The position numbers and the translations under genes are program-made. The notes under the pieces were generated by a model. That model was not told where the DNA came from. It searched no databases and saw only the letters and a list, made by a program, of their open reading frames with translations. A stretch of 64,000 bases of DNA from Candidatus Colimorpha pelethequi (GTDB lineage Bacteria; Bacteroidota; Bacteroidia; Bacteroidales; P3): NCBI GenBank assembly GCA_018064245.1, contig JAGHVO010000004.1:42078-106077 (forward strand), in the 5' to 3' direction. Each line of letters opens with the position of its first letter. The stretch's first letter is position 1. Positions 18,904 through 26,445 of the stretch are shown here, piece after piece.

Positions 18904-19872
18904 TCAGTATTCCAGACGGACATTATCTACCCAAAGAACGTTGTCGAGGGCGCCTTTGAAAGCTCCCATGCTGCCCGAGGAGATGGACATCACGGCGTGG
19001 GTGACGGGTGTCGAGGCATCGCCCCATCCCTCTTCAAGAATGGGAACGCGCTTGCCTTTGCTGTTGAGGGCGTAGAGTGTTTTTTCTCCTGTGATAAGAT
19101 CCATGTAAGGCTTGTATGATTCTGATTTTCGTGCGTCTCCATAGATGACGGGTATGCGTTTGTTCTTCACCCATCCGGAGGAGGATTTGCTGATGCGGTA
19201 GAATGCGGTGCCGACACGCTTGGCGTGGATGTTTCCTTTTTCGTCTTCCCAGCGGTTTTGCAAGATGAGCATGACCTCTTCGGGGTCGTAGCCGTCAACG
19301 GTGCGTGCTCCTTTTACAACCTTGCCTGTATTGGGAACCACCGCTTTGTAATCCAATAGCATGGCGGTAGGACGCTTGGTGAACGGAATGCCCCAGTCCA
19401 TGTAGGAATAGGGATTGGTGACGCTGGAAATGGGCTCGAGCATCTTGCCCCAATACAACGTTCCAGAGGCCAATACTTTGATATTTACAAGTCCCAAGAC
19501 CTTGCAACTGGCATAGCAGGTGATGAGCTTGGCGCACCGACCCGTGGGACCTTTGTCGGGCATGGCGGAGCAGCTGGTCTTGGTAATGCCCATCACTACG
19601 GCGTAGGCGTTGGAGGAGGACCAGATGGTTTTGGAATAGTTATAGACTTTGTTGACCGAAAGCGTGTCGTTGGGTGCTACTACATAGATGTCGCGGGTGT
19701 TGCCCCCGATGATGGCAGACTCCTTGATGTGGCGCACGGTCCATTGCTCAAAGTCGCCAAAGGGTACCAACTCGTAGCGTTGTGCCGAGGCAAAATTCCC
19801 CAAAAGGAGAAACCAGACCAAACAACTGATTGAGAATTTAGAATTTAGAATTGAGAATTGAGAACTTATCAA
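18904..19872 (-). CDS. secreted hypothetical protein (PCMD-like, tentative); start uncertain
   Basis: 322-aa ORF with hydrophobic N-terminus CLVWFLLLGNFASAQ and an FGDFEQW motif. The ORF-track start is a TTG lying inside an intergenic repeat word. Confidence 0.6.
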   Translation of the reverse strand: MISSQFSILNSKFSISCLVWFLLLGNFASAQRYELVPFGDFEQWTVRHIKESAIIGGNTRDIYVVAPNDTLSVNKVYNYSKTIWSSSNAYAVVMGITKTSCSAMPDKGPTGRCAKLITCYASCKVLGLVNIKVLASGTLYWGKMLEPISSVTNPYSYMDWGIPFTKRPTAMLLDYKAVVPNTGKVVKGARTVDGYDPEEVMLILQNRWEDEKGNIHAKRVGTAFYRISKSSSGWVKNKRIPVIYGDARKSESYKPYMDLITGEKTLYALNSKGKRVPILEEGWGDASTPVTHAVMSISSGSMGAFKGALDNVLWVDNVRLEY

Positions 19873-19986
19873 ATTGAGAACTTATTGAATTGAAAATTGA
19901 GACAATAGAGGGAATAGAGACGATAGAAGGGGGAGGAAAGTTATGAGTTAAGGTTAAGGTTAAGGTTAAGGTCAAGGTCAAGGTCA
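19828..19986. repeat. composite intergenic word array (TTGAGAAYT words, then AAGGTY hexamers)
   Basis: GATTGAGAATTTAGAATTTAGAATTGAGAATTGAGAACTTATCAAATTGAGAACTTATTGAATTGAAAATTGAGA ... (AAGGTT)4(AAGGTC)3A. The last TCA is the stop codon of the SDR gene. Confidence 0.85.
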
Positions 19987-20787
19987 CAGTTCACTGCTCA
20001 CTGATCTCCAGATTTTGTCTTCGATGCATCTGGGCAACAGGGCAATGAGTAGGGGAAGGTAGATGTTCATGAATCCGGGTTGAACGGTGGGCTTTTTGCG
20101 GAACATTCCTTTTAAAGCCTTGCGTACCAGCCAGTCGGGGGTCTTGATGACTCCCACGCGGACGCCGAGGCTCAGCAGGCTCTCTTTCAGTCGGTAGAGT
20201 GGGGTGGCGATGGCGGCTGGACAGACTGTGGTGACGCCCACGCCGTAGGGTCGCATCTCGAAGGAGAGCGACTTGCCGAAACTCCTCAGATAGGCTTTCG
20301 TGGCGGAGTAGATGGTGATGCCGGGTGTGGGCAATTTGGCTGCCATCGACGACATGATGAGGATATAGCCGTGTCCGCGCTGCTTCATCTGGGATCCGAA
20401 CAGGATGCTCATCTGGGTGACGGTGTCCATGTGCAAAGACATCATGGTATTGATGCGTCCCATGTCTTCGGCTTGCAATTCCTTGAAAAAGAACATTCCT
20501 GCATTGTTTATCAGGACCTCTACTTCAAGTTGCTCTTGCCGACAGAAATCCAGCAATTGCTGTGCCGCCGTGGGCTGTGCCAAATCCTGATAGTGTGGAA
20601 TGGCGTGTATGCCATAGCGTGCTGCCACTTGTGTGGCTGCTTGTTGCAACTCTTCTTCTTGGTTGCTGACCATCAATAGGTCGTAGCCTTTGGCGGCGAG
20701 TTGCTCTGAATATTTCAGTCCCATTCCCGAACTGGCTCCAGTTACCAGTGCCAGAGGGTGGGTTGTGTGTTGCGATGTTTCTTCCAT
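19984..20787 (-). CDS. SDR family oxidoreductase (candidate hydroxysteroid dehydrogenase)
   Basis: LALVTGASSGMG and YSATKAYLRSF (YxxxK). The start is moved to MEETSQ (20787) because the longer ORF overlaps the upstream gene, which ends at 20799. Confidence 0.85.
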   Translation of the reverse strand: MEETSQHTTHPLALVTGASSGMGLKYSEQLAAKGYDLLMVSNQEEELQQAATQVAARYGIHAIPHYQDLAQPTAAQQLLDFCRQEQLEVEVLINNAGMFFFKELQAEDMGRINTMMSLHMDTVTQMSILFGSQMKQRGHGYILIMSSMAAKLPTPGITIYSATKAYLRSFGKSLSFEMRPYGVGVTTVCPAAIATPLYRLKESLLSLGVRVGVIKTPDWLVRKALKGMFRKKPTVQPGFMNIYLPLLIALLPRCIEDKIWRSVSSEL

Positions 20788-20798
20788 TTGTTGTTGCT

Positions 20799-22034
20799 TT
20801 ATTGTCGTGCGGCCTTCTCGGCGGCGTCCACCTCGTTTTGCAACCGTTTGGGAAGGTTGTTTACGCAGTGGTGACATTTCATCTCCAGTGTGTACATTCT
20901 GCCGATGCAGTAGTTGGAGTGTCCGCATTGGCTGCAGGTCACTTCGCCCGATTTAAGCTTGTTGACAAACTCGGTGTCGTGTACCAAGGCGCGTGCCACT
21001 TGCAGCCCCGTGAATCCTGCTTCCAACACCTCTTCCATTTTGGCTTTGGAAACCAATCCGCCCACATAGATGAGCGGCAGTTTCAACGCTGCGCGGAACT
21101 CCTTGGCATCTTCCAAGAAATAGCCCTCGCTATAGGGTACGGTGGGAATCATCAGCCTTCCTGCGAATGCCAAACCTGCTTTGAGCCACCAGAAATGTTT
21201 CATATCCATGTAATAACGTAACGTCTTGAGCGGCATGGCGCCACGCATCACCTCCATGGGGGCTTTGCTGACGAAGCCTGCGGTGAGTACCAGGGCGTGA
21301 ACGCCCAATCGCTCCAACTCTTGCGCCACCTTGATGCACTCTTCGCGTTGCATGCCTTTGCGGAATCCATCGTGCATGTTCACCTTTACAACCACACCCA
21401 TATCGTCGCCTGCTACGCGCATCACTTCTTTGATAACCAGCTGCATGAAACGCATGCGGTTCTCCAGCGAGCCGCCAAATTCATCCTTGCGGTGATTGGT
21501 GTAGGGCGAGAGAAACTGGCTGATGAGGTAGCCGTGACCGGCGTGAATCTCCACGCAGTCGAATCCTGCCTGACGGGCTAGGTTGACGGCTTTGCCGAAA
21601 TCTTGTACCAGGCTGTAAATCTCCTCTTTTTTCAGTTCACGAACGAAAGTGGGGGAGTAGAGGTTGAAACCTCCCGAAGCGCCAACGGGTTTGCAACCGC
21701 AGGTGGCGCGGTGGGTCATGTTGCCGCAGTGTCCCAGCTGGATGGAGGCTTTGGCGCCTTCGGCGTGGATCGCGTCGGTGAGTTTCTTGAGTTCGGGAAC
21801 GATTTCTTCGCGCATCCATAGCTGGCCGTTGAAAGAAAGTCCCGACTGGTTGACGGCGGCGTAGGCGATGGTGGTCATGCCCACGCCTCCACGAGCCACG
21901 GCGGTGTGGTAGTTGAAAAGGTCTTGGGAAGGGGAGTTGTTATAGGCCATATTCTCAAAGGCGGCAGAGCGTATCACTCTGTTGCGGAGCGTTATGGGTC
22001 CAATCTGACAAGGGGTGAAAATGGGAGATTCCAT
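20799..22034 (-). CDS. NADH:flavin oxidoreductase, Old Yellow Enzyme family, with C-terminal Cys cluster
   Basis: 411 aa. OYE TIM-barrel motifs (FDCVEIHAGHGYLISQFLSP, NHRKDEFGGSLENR). The C-terminus has CSQCGHSNYC...CHHC. Confidence 0.85.
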   Translation of the reverse strand: MESPIFTPCQIGPITLRNRVIRSAAFENMAYNNSPSQDLFNYHTAVARGGVGMTTIAYAAVNQSGLSFNGQLWMREEIVPELKKLTDAIHAEGAKASIQLGHCGNMTHRATCGCKPVGASGGFNLYSPTFVRELKKEEIYSLVQDFGKAVNLARQAGFDCVEIHAGHGYLISQFLSPYTNHRKDEFGGSLENRMRFMQLVIKEVMRVAGDDMGVVVKVNMHDGFRKGMQREECIKVAQELERLGVHALVLTAGFVSKAPMEVMRGAMPLKTLRYYMDMKHFWWLKAGLAFAGRLMIPTVPYSEGYFLEDAKEFRAALKLPLIYVGGLVSKAKMEEVLEAGFTGLQVARALVHDTEFVNKLKSGEVTCSQCGHSNYCIGRMYTLEMKCHHCVNNLPKRLQNEVDAAEKAARQ

Positions 22035-22106
22035 TGTATTGTATTTGGTTTTTTCTAGAAGTTATAGAATTGTCTGGTCACTAATCACTAGTCACGGATC
22101 ACTAAA

Positions 22107-22892
22107 TCACCATATCCAGGGGATGATTCTTTTCTTTTTGGACATGTCGGTTGTGGCGCCGAATTCGTCGCAGTAGCGTTGGTGGATTTTGGCGGCACGG
22201 GGACCAAGATTGGCGAAGGTCCAGAGTGCGAAAACCAATCCCGCCCACGACCAGGTGAGCAACGCAAATCCCAACCATTCAAGCAATTCGCCGAAATAGT
22301 TGGCGGAGGTCACATGGCGGAACATGCCCCCTTGGGGAAGGTAGTGTTTCGTGTCGGAAGGGTCTTTGCGGAGGTTGCGGATGATGCTGTCGGAAGAGAT
22401 GTTGACATACATTCCAAAGAGGAAAACAAGGAGTCCGAGCAGAAATCTTGGGTCGGTGAGCCAGGTGGAACCGTAGTAGTCCTCGGAGGAGATAAAGAAA
22501 ATCCAGCCGCCTTGCATGATGGCGTTCAAGGTGTTGAAGGTCACGCCCATCAGAATGATGGAGAGTGGCATCTTGCCGTTGCCGCGAATCTTTAGCGGGA
22601 AGATGAACGACCGTTGGAAATAGTGTAGCTCAAAGACCAACAGCAATACCAGTCGTATGGTGTCGCCACGACGGTCTGAAAACCACCACATCAACAACAT
22701 TGCGAAGAATACGGGCGCTTCCATCAGCACCCAGCCGATGCGGTTGTTGATGGCGGGTCCCCATTTCTTGTTGTAGAATTTGCCGTAGCCGGCATCCACG
22801 AAAAAGAGACAGACGAAAACCACCACCGCAATGGCGGCCATAATAATCAGAAAGAGGTTGAAACTATGAGGTGACAATTGAGAACTTATCAA
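22107..22892 (-). CDS. 3-oxo-5-alpha-steroid 4-dehydrogenase (steroid 5-alpha-reductase) family membrane protein; start uncertain
   Basis: Polytopic membrane protein with the C-terminal signature HVTSANYFGELLEWLGFALLTW. The ORF-track start is a TTG inside a repeat word; the first ATG is at 22841. Confidence 0.8.
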   Translation of the reverse strand: MISSQLSPHSFNLFLIIMAAIAVVVFVCLFFVDAGYGKFYNKKWGPAINNRIGWVLMEAPVFFAMLLMWWFSDRRGDTIRLVLLLVFELHYFQRSFIFPLKIRGNGKMPLSIILMGVTFNTLNAIMQGGWIFFISSEDYYGSTWLTDPRFLLGLLVFLFGMYVNISSDSIIRNLRKDPSDTKHYLPQGGMFRHVTSANYFGELLEWLGFALLTWSWAGLVFALWTFANLGPRAAKIHQRYCDEFGATTDMSKKKRIIPWIW

Positions 22893-22930
22893 ATTGAGAA
22901 TTAGTCAAGGTCAAGGTTAAGGTCAAGGTT
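22875..22930. repeat. composite word array (TTGAGAAYT then AAGGTY)
   Basis: CAATTGAGAACTTATCAAATTGAGAATTAGTCAAGGTCAAGGTTAAGGTCAAGGTT. Confidence 0.85.
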
Positions 22931-22935
22931 ACTAT

Positions 22936-25900
22936 TCACTTGCTGTTCAGCTTTTGTTGGGCGGGTTCGTAACCGTATTCAGCGGCAGTGGTGAGCCATT
23001 TCTTGGAGAGCTTCTTGTTCTGCTCTACGCCGTCGCCTCTCTCGTACATAATGCCGAGGTTGTACATGGCTACGAGGTGGCCGAGTTCGGCGGCTTTCTC
23101 ATACCAAGTGGCGGCTTTTGACATGTCTTCGCGTACGTAGATGCCTGATGCATAGCAGTTGGCTACCATGAAACAGCCGCGTGCCGAACCTGCTTCTGCG
23201 GCTTGGGTGTAGAGTTCGAAGGCTTTCTTTGAATTGAGCACCACGCCGTCGCCCTCTTCGTAGCAGAGTCCTAGGTTGCACATGGCCTCGGTGCTGCCTT
23301 GTGCCATGGCACGTTCAAAATAGCTTACTGCCAAGGCTTTGTCTTCAGGTACGCCATCGCCTTCTTGGTAGCATTGTCCCAAGAGGTTGAGTGCACGGAT
23401 GTTGTTGAGTTCGGCGGCTTGCTTGAAATAGTCCATGGCAAGCACGGTGTCTTGGTCGCAACCTACGCCGTTGGCGTAGCAGATGCCCAAGTTGAAGATT
23501 GCGCCGCTATTTCCAGCCTTGGCGGCAGAGTCGAAATAGGTTTTTGCCAGGGCGTAGTCTTGCTCGCAGCCTAAACCTTGGAAACGGGCCACGCCCATAT
23601 TCAGGTATGCTTCACTGTTGCCGGTGTTTCGGGCTACGTTTTCGTAGATGAGATAGGCGTCTTCGGGGTCGGCTTGGAGGCCTATGCCGTTTTGTTCGCA
23701 ATCGGCGAAGAGTAATGTGGCTTCAAGATGTCCCTTCTTGGCGGCATGGTAGAGATATTCTACGGCTTTTTCGTAGTAGGCGTTGTTGTCGATGAGATAT
23801 TTGCCCAGCATATAGTTGCAGTTGGCGTTGTTGTCGGCCACTCCTTTCATGTAGTAGTACATGGCGGAATCGATGTCACGACTTACAAATTCGCCATTGT
23901 AGAAGAAGTCTCCCAAACGGGATGCGGCATTGCCGACACCCATTTCGGCGGTTTTGCGCAGATAGGCTAAGGCTTGGAGCGTGTCTTTGGCTACGCCGCA
24001 TCCTTCAAGATAGCTGCGTCCAACGTAATAGAGGCCCATTGCGGGGTCGTCTTCCGACTGGGCCGCCTGCATGTAGTATTCAAAAGCCTTGGCGGAGTCG
24101 CAGGGTACGAATCGCCCGATGCGGTAGAAGTCGCCCAAGTAGCACATTGCGGTTGCCATGCCTTGATTGGCGGCTTGTGTATAATAATCGATTGATTTGA
24201 CGGAGTCAAGTTCCACGCCGTCGCCCAATTCATAGAAAAGACCCATCTTGAACAGACCTTCGGCATCGCCGTGGTCGGCAAGAATCTTGTAATAGTAGAA
24301 TGCGGTGTCGTAGTTGACATCCACGTAGGTGCCGGTCTCAAAGCAGTAGCCGTACCAGTAGATGGCGTCGCGGTTGCCTTCCTGGGCGGCTTGTTTGAGC
24401 AAGCCGAGACCTTTGTTGATGTCGGCTTCGCTTTGGTCTCCTAAAAGTCCGTTGAGGTAGAGCATCGATTGCTCGTAACGACCGGCGGGTGAATTGGCGG
24501 CAATGTAGTATTGCTCCGCTTTCTTGGCGTTGGGTTTGATTTTCAATGGTTCTGAGCCTTCTTTATAGAGTCTGCCGAGCACCGAATTGCAGGTTTCGTC
24601 GCCTTTCTTGGCTCCGGTCTCTAAGTATTTGACGGCTTGCTTGTAGTTTTCTTTCTGTTCTTCCAAGGCGGCAAGGTAATAGTAGCCTTCGTAGTTGCCT
24701 TTGGCGACGGCTTCGTTGAAATATCTGGCGCCTTCTTCAGGATTGTTGTTTTCTCCCATGGCGATACGGCCCAGCAGGATGAGTGCGTCGGTGCTGCCCC
24801 AGTCGGCGGCTTTCTTTTCATAGGCGAGGGCGCGCTGCGGGTCGGCGGGAATGTTGTTGTAGCCATTGTAGAAGACGTCAAACAGCGCCAAAGCGGCATC
24901 AATGTTGTATTGCTTGAAGCCTTCCAGAAGGTAGGCTACGCCTTTTTCGTCGTTCTCTTCGGTTCCGACACCTTTCAGGTACATCTGTCCAAGAAAGTAG
25001 GCTGCAGTGGCGTCTTTGTCTATCTCAAAGGCTTTCTCGAAGTTTTCCAACGCTTTTGCTTCGTCGGCATCGAAAAGGGTTCCGTACAAATAGGATTTTC
25101 CCAACGCTATGTATGTAGAACTGAATTCGGGGTCAAGCTGCAAAGAACGGTTGAAACTTGCAACGGCTTGTTGCTTGTTGTTGATGAGTGGATTGCTGCT
25201 CTCGGAATAGAGGCAACCTTTTATGTACTCTGTGTAGGCTTGGGGGCCATACTTTTTGTCTATCTCTTCCAATAGCTGCAACGCTTTGGCATCATCTACA
25301 GTTGCTCCATTGCCATAATGGTGGTTGATGGCATTTCGTGTCATACAGTAGATGTCGCCTTGTTCAATGCCGTGGTTAAGGTATTTCCAGGCTTTCTTTG
25401 AGTCGTTGCAATCGAAGAAATAGTAAAAAAACAGTATGTCGGAGCTTCCGTACTCCCCTAAGGCATCGGCTTTAAGGGCGTAGGATATGCCTTTGTCTTT
25501 GTCGGGTTCGTTGCCGGGAAATCCGTAGTAATACGCTCTTGCCATATAGGTAATGGCTGCGGGATCGCCACTTTCGGCGGCTTGAATTATCAACTTGTAG
25601 GCTTTTGCGGTATCACATGCCACTCCGTAGCCATTCAAATAGGCTCTTCCTAATCGATAAAGGCCATACAACGAACCTTCGTCGGCGGCTTGCTGACACA
25701 AGCGCAACGCTTGTGCGGTATCGCGCTGGATGCCTGAATAATACAAGAGATAGCGTGCCACATGTGCTTTCGCGTCGGCGTTGCCCAACTCCATGGCTTT
25801 TTGGTAGAGGCTGTAGGCTTTTGCCGAATCAACGGCAACGCCCCAACCGCATTGGTAACGTTCGGCGAGGGTGATCATGGCTTTCGTGTCGTTCTGACTG

Positions 25901-25983
25901 ACACCTTTTTGCAGTTTCTCAATCTGTTGCGCCCAAAGCATGGCGGGCATCAGCAAGAGTCCTAAAACAAGAGCTTTTTTCAT
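22936..25983 (-). CDS. Sel1-like repeat (SLR/TPR) protein, secreted
   Basis: About 1015 aa of recurring ...A..WY.KAA.QG...A...LG..Y..G.GV..D... units. Signal peptide MKKALVLGLLLMPAMLWAQQ. The start at 25983 fits the -7 box at 26002-26009. Confidence 0.85.
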   Translation of the reverse strand: MKKALVLGLLLMPAMLWAQQIEKLQKGVSQNDTKAMITLAERYQCGWGVAVDSAKAYSLYQKAMELGNADAKAHVARYLLYYSGIQRDTAQALRLCQQAADEGSLYGLYRLGRAYLNGYGVACDTAKAYKLIIQAAESGDPAAITYMARAYYYGFPGNEPDKDKGISYALKADALGEYGSSDILFFYYFFDCNDSKKAWKYLNHGIEQGDIYCMTRNAINHHYGNGATVDDAKALQLLEEIDKKYGPQAYTEYIKGCLYSESSNPLINNKQQAVASFNRSLQLDPEFSSTYIALGKSYLYGTLFDADEAKALENFEKAFEIDKDATAAYFLGQMYLKGVGTEENDEKGVAYLLEGFKQYNIDAALALFDVFYNGYNNIPADPQRALAYEKKAADWGSTDALILLGRIAMGENNNPEEGARYFNEAVAKGNYEGYYYLAALEEQKENYKQAVKYLETGAKKGDETCNSVLGRLYKEGSEPLKIKPNAKKAEQYYIAANSPAGRYEQSMLYLNGLLGDQSEADINKGLGLLKQAAQEGNRDAIYWYGYCFETGTYVDVNYDTAFYYYKILADHGDAEGLFKMGLFYELGDGVELDSVKSIDYYTQAANQGMATAMCYLGDFYRIGRFVPCDSAKAFEYYMQAAQSEDDPAMGLYYVGRSYLEGCGVAKDTLQALAYLRKTAEMGVGNAASRLGDFFYNGEFVSRDIDSAMYYYMKGVADNNANCNYMLGKYLIDNNAYYEKAVEYLYHAAKKGHLEATLLFADCEQNGIGLQADPEDAYLIYENVARNTGNSEAYLNMGVARFQGLGCEQDYALAKTYFDSAAKAGNSGAIFNLGICYANGVGCDQDTVLAMDYFKQAAELNNIRALNLLGQCYQEGDGVPEDKALAVSYFERAMAQGSTEAMCNLGLCYEEGDGVVLNSKKAFELYTQAAEAGSARGCFMVANCYASGIYVREDMSKAATWYEKAAELGHLVAMYNLGIMYERGDGVEQNKKLSKKWLTTAAEYGYEPAQQKLNSK

Positions 25984-26001
25984 TGAAATATATATTTTTT
26001 G

Positions 26002-26009
26002 CAAAGGTA
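26002..26009 (-). promoter_or_regulatory. candidate -7 promoter box (TACCTTTG) for the Sel1-repeat gene
   Basis: Plus-strand CAAAGGTA lies 19 nt upstream of the ATG at 25983. Confidence 0.45.
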
Positions 26010-26114
26010 CAAAAAAAAGTTAGAAGTGAATAGTGAATTGTGAATAGTGATTGCACTCTTTTTGCCAAGCAACAAACTGCATTTTTTATAATTGATTGAA
26101 GAATGACAAAAAAA

Positions 26115-26142
26115 GTGCGGCACCTCAATTGAGGCGCCGCAC
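26115..26142 (-). terminator. rho-independent (bidirectional-looking) terminator after the 67-aa gene
   Basis: GTGCGGCACCTC-AATT-GAGGCGCCGCAC stem-loop with one mismatch, flanked by an A8 run on the left and a T7 run on the right. Confidence 0.65.
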
Positions 26143-26167
26143 TTTTTTTGTGTTTTTTTTAATTCAA

Positions 26168-26371
26168 TTAGTCCCAATCATCGTTGTTTCCTGTGAAGTA
26201 GCCGCCAAAGCGGTTTCCATTGTTGACGTTTTGCGGGTCGGTAGTAAAATTGTAGTCTTCCTTCGATGATCCAAAACTACTTAAGCGCTGACTACTCAAG
26301 GCAAAGCCAATCTCAGCCTTGAACTCGACACTTTTGATGGTGGGTTTGATATATTGTTTCTTGTTTTCCAT
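26168..26371 (-). CDS. small hypothetical protein (67 aa), Gly/Asn/Asp-rich C-terminus
   Basis: ATG-initiated ORF directly downstream of the LRR gene, followed by a strong terminator. No recognisable family. Confidence 0.5.
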   Translation of the reverse strand: MENKKQYIKPTIKSVEFKAEIGFALSSQRLSSFGSSKEDYNFTTDPQNVNNGNRFGGYFTGNNDDWD

Positions 26372-26445
26372 TGTGATGTTTTTTAATGAATTGGCAATAG
26401 GACTTTTTAGTGAATTGCAATTCGTGAAATTTGTTGTTTTTATTC

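Noticed and set aside
20788-20928. N-terminal extension of the SDR ORF (MRTLQLLHRQ...)
   Set aside because: It overlaps the 3' end of the OYE-like gene by 130 nt. The Rossmann fold begins right after the internal MEETSQ start at 20787.
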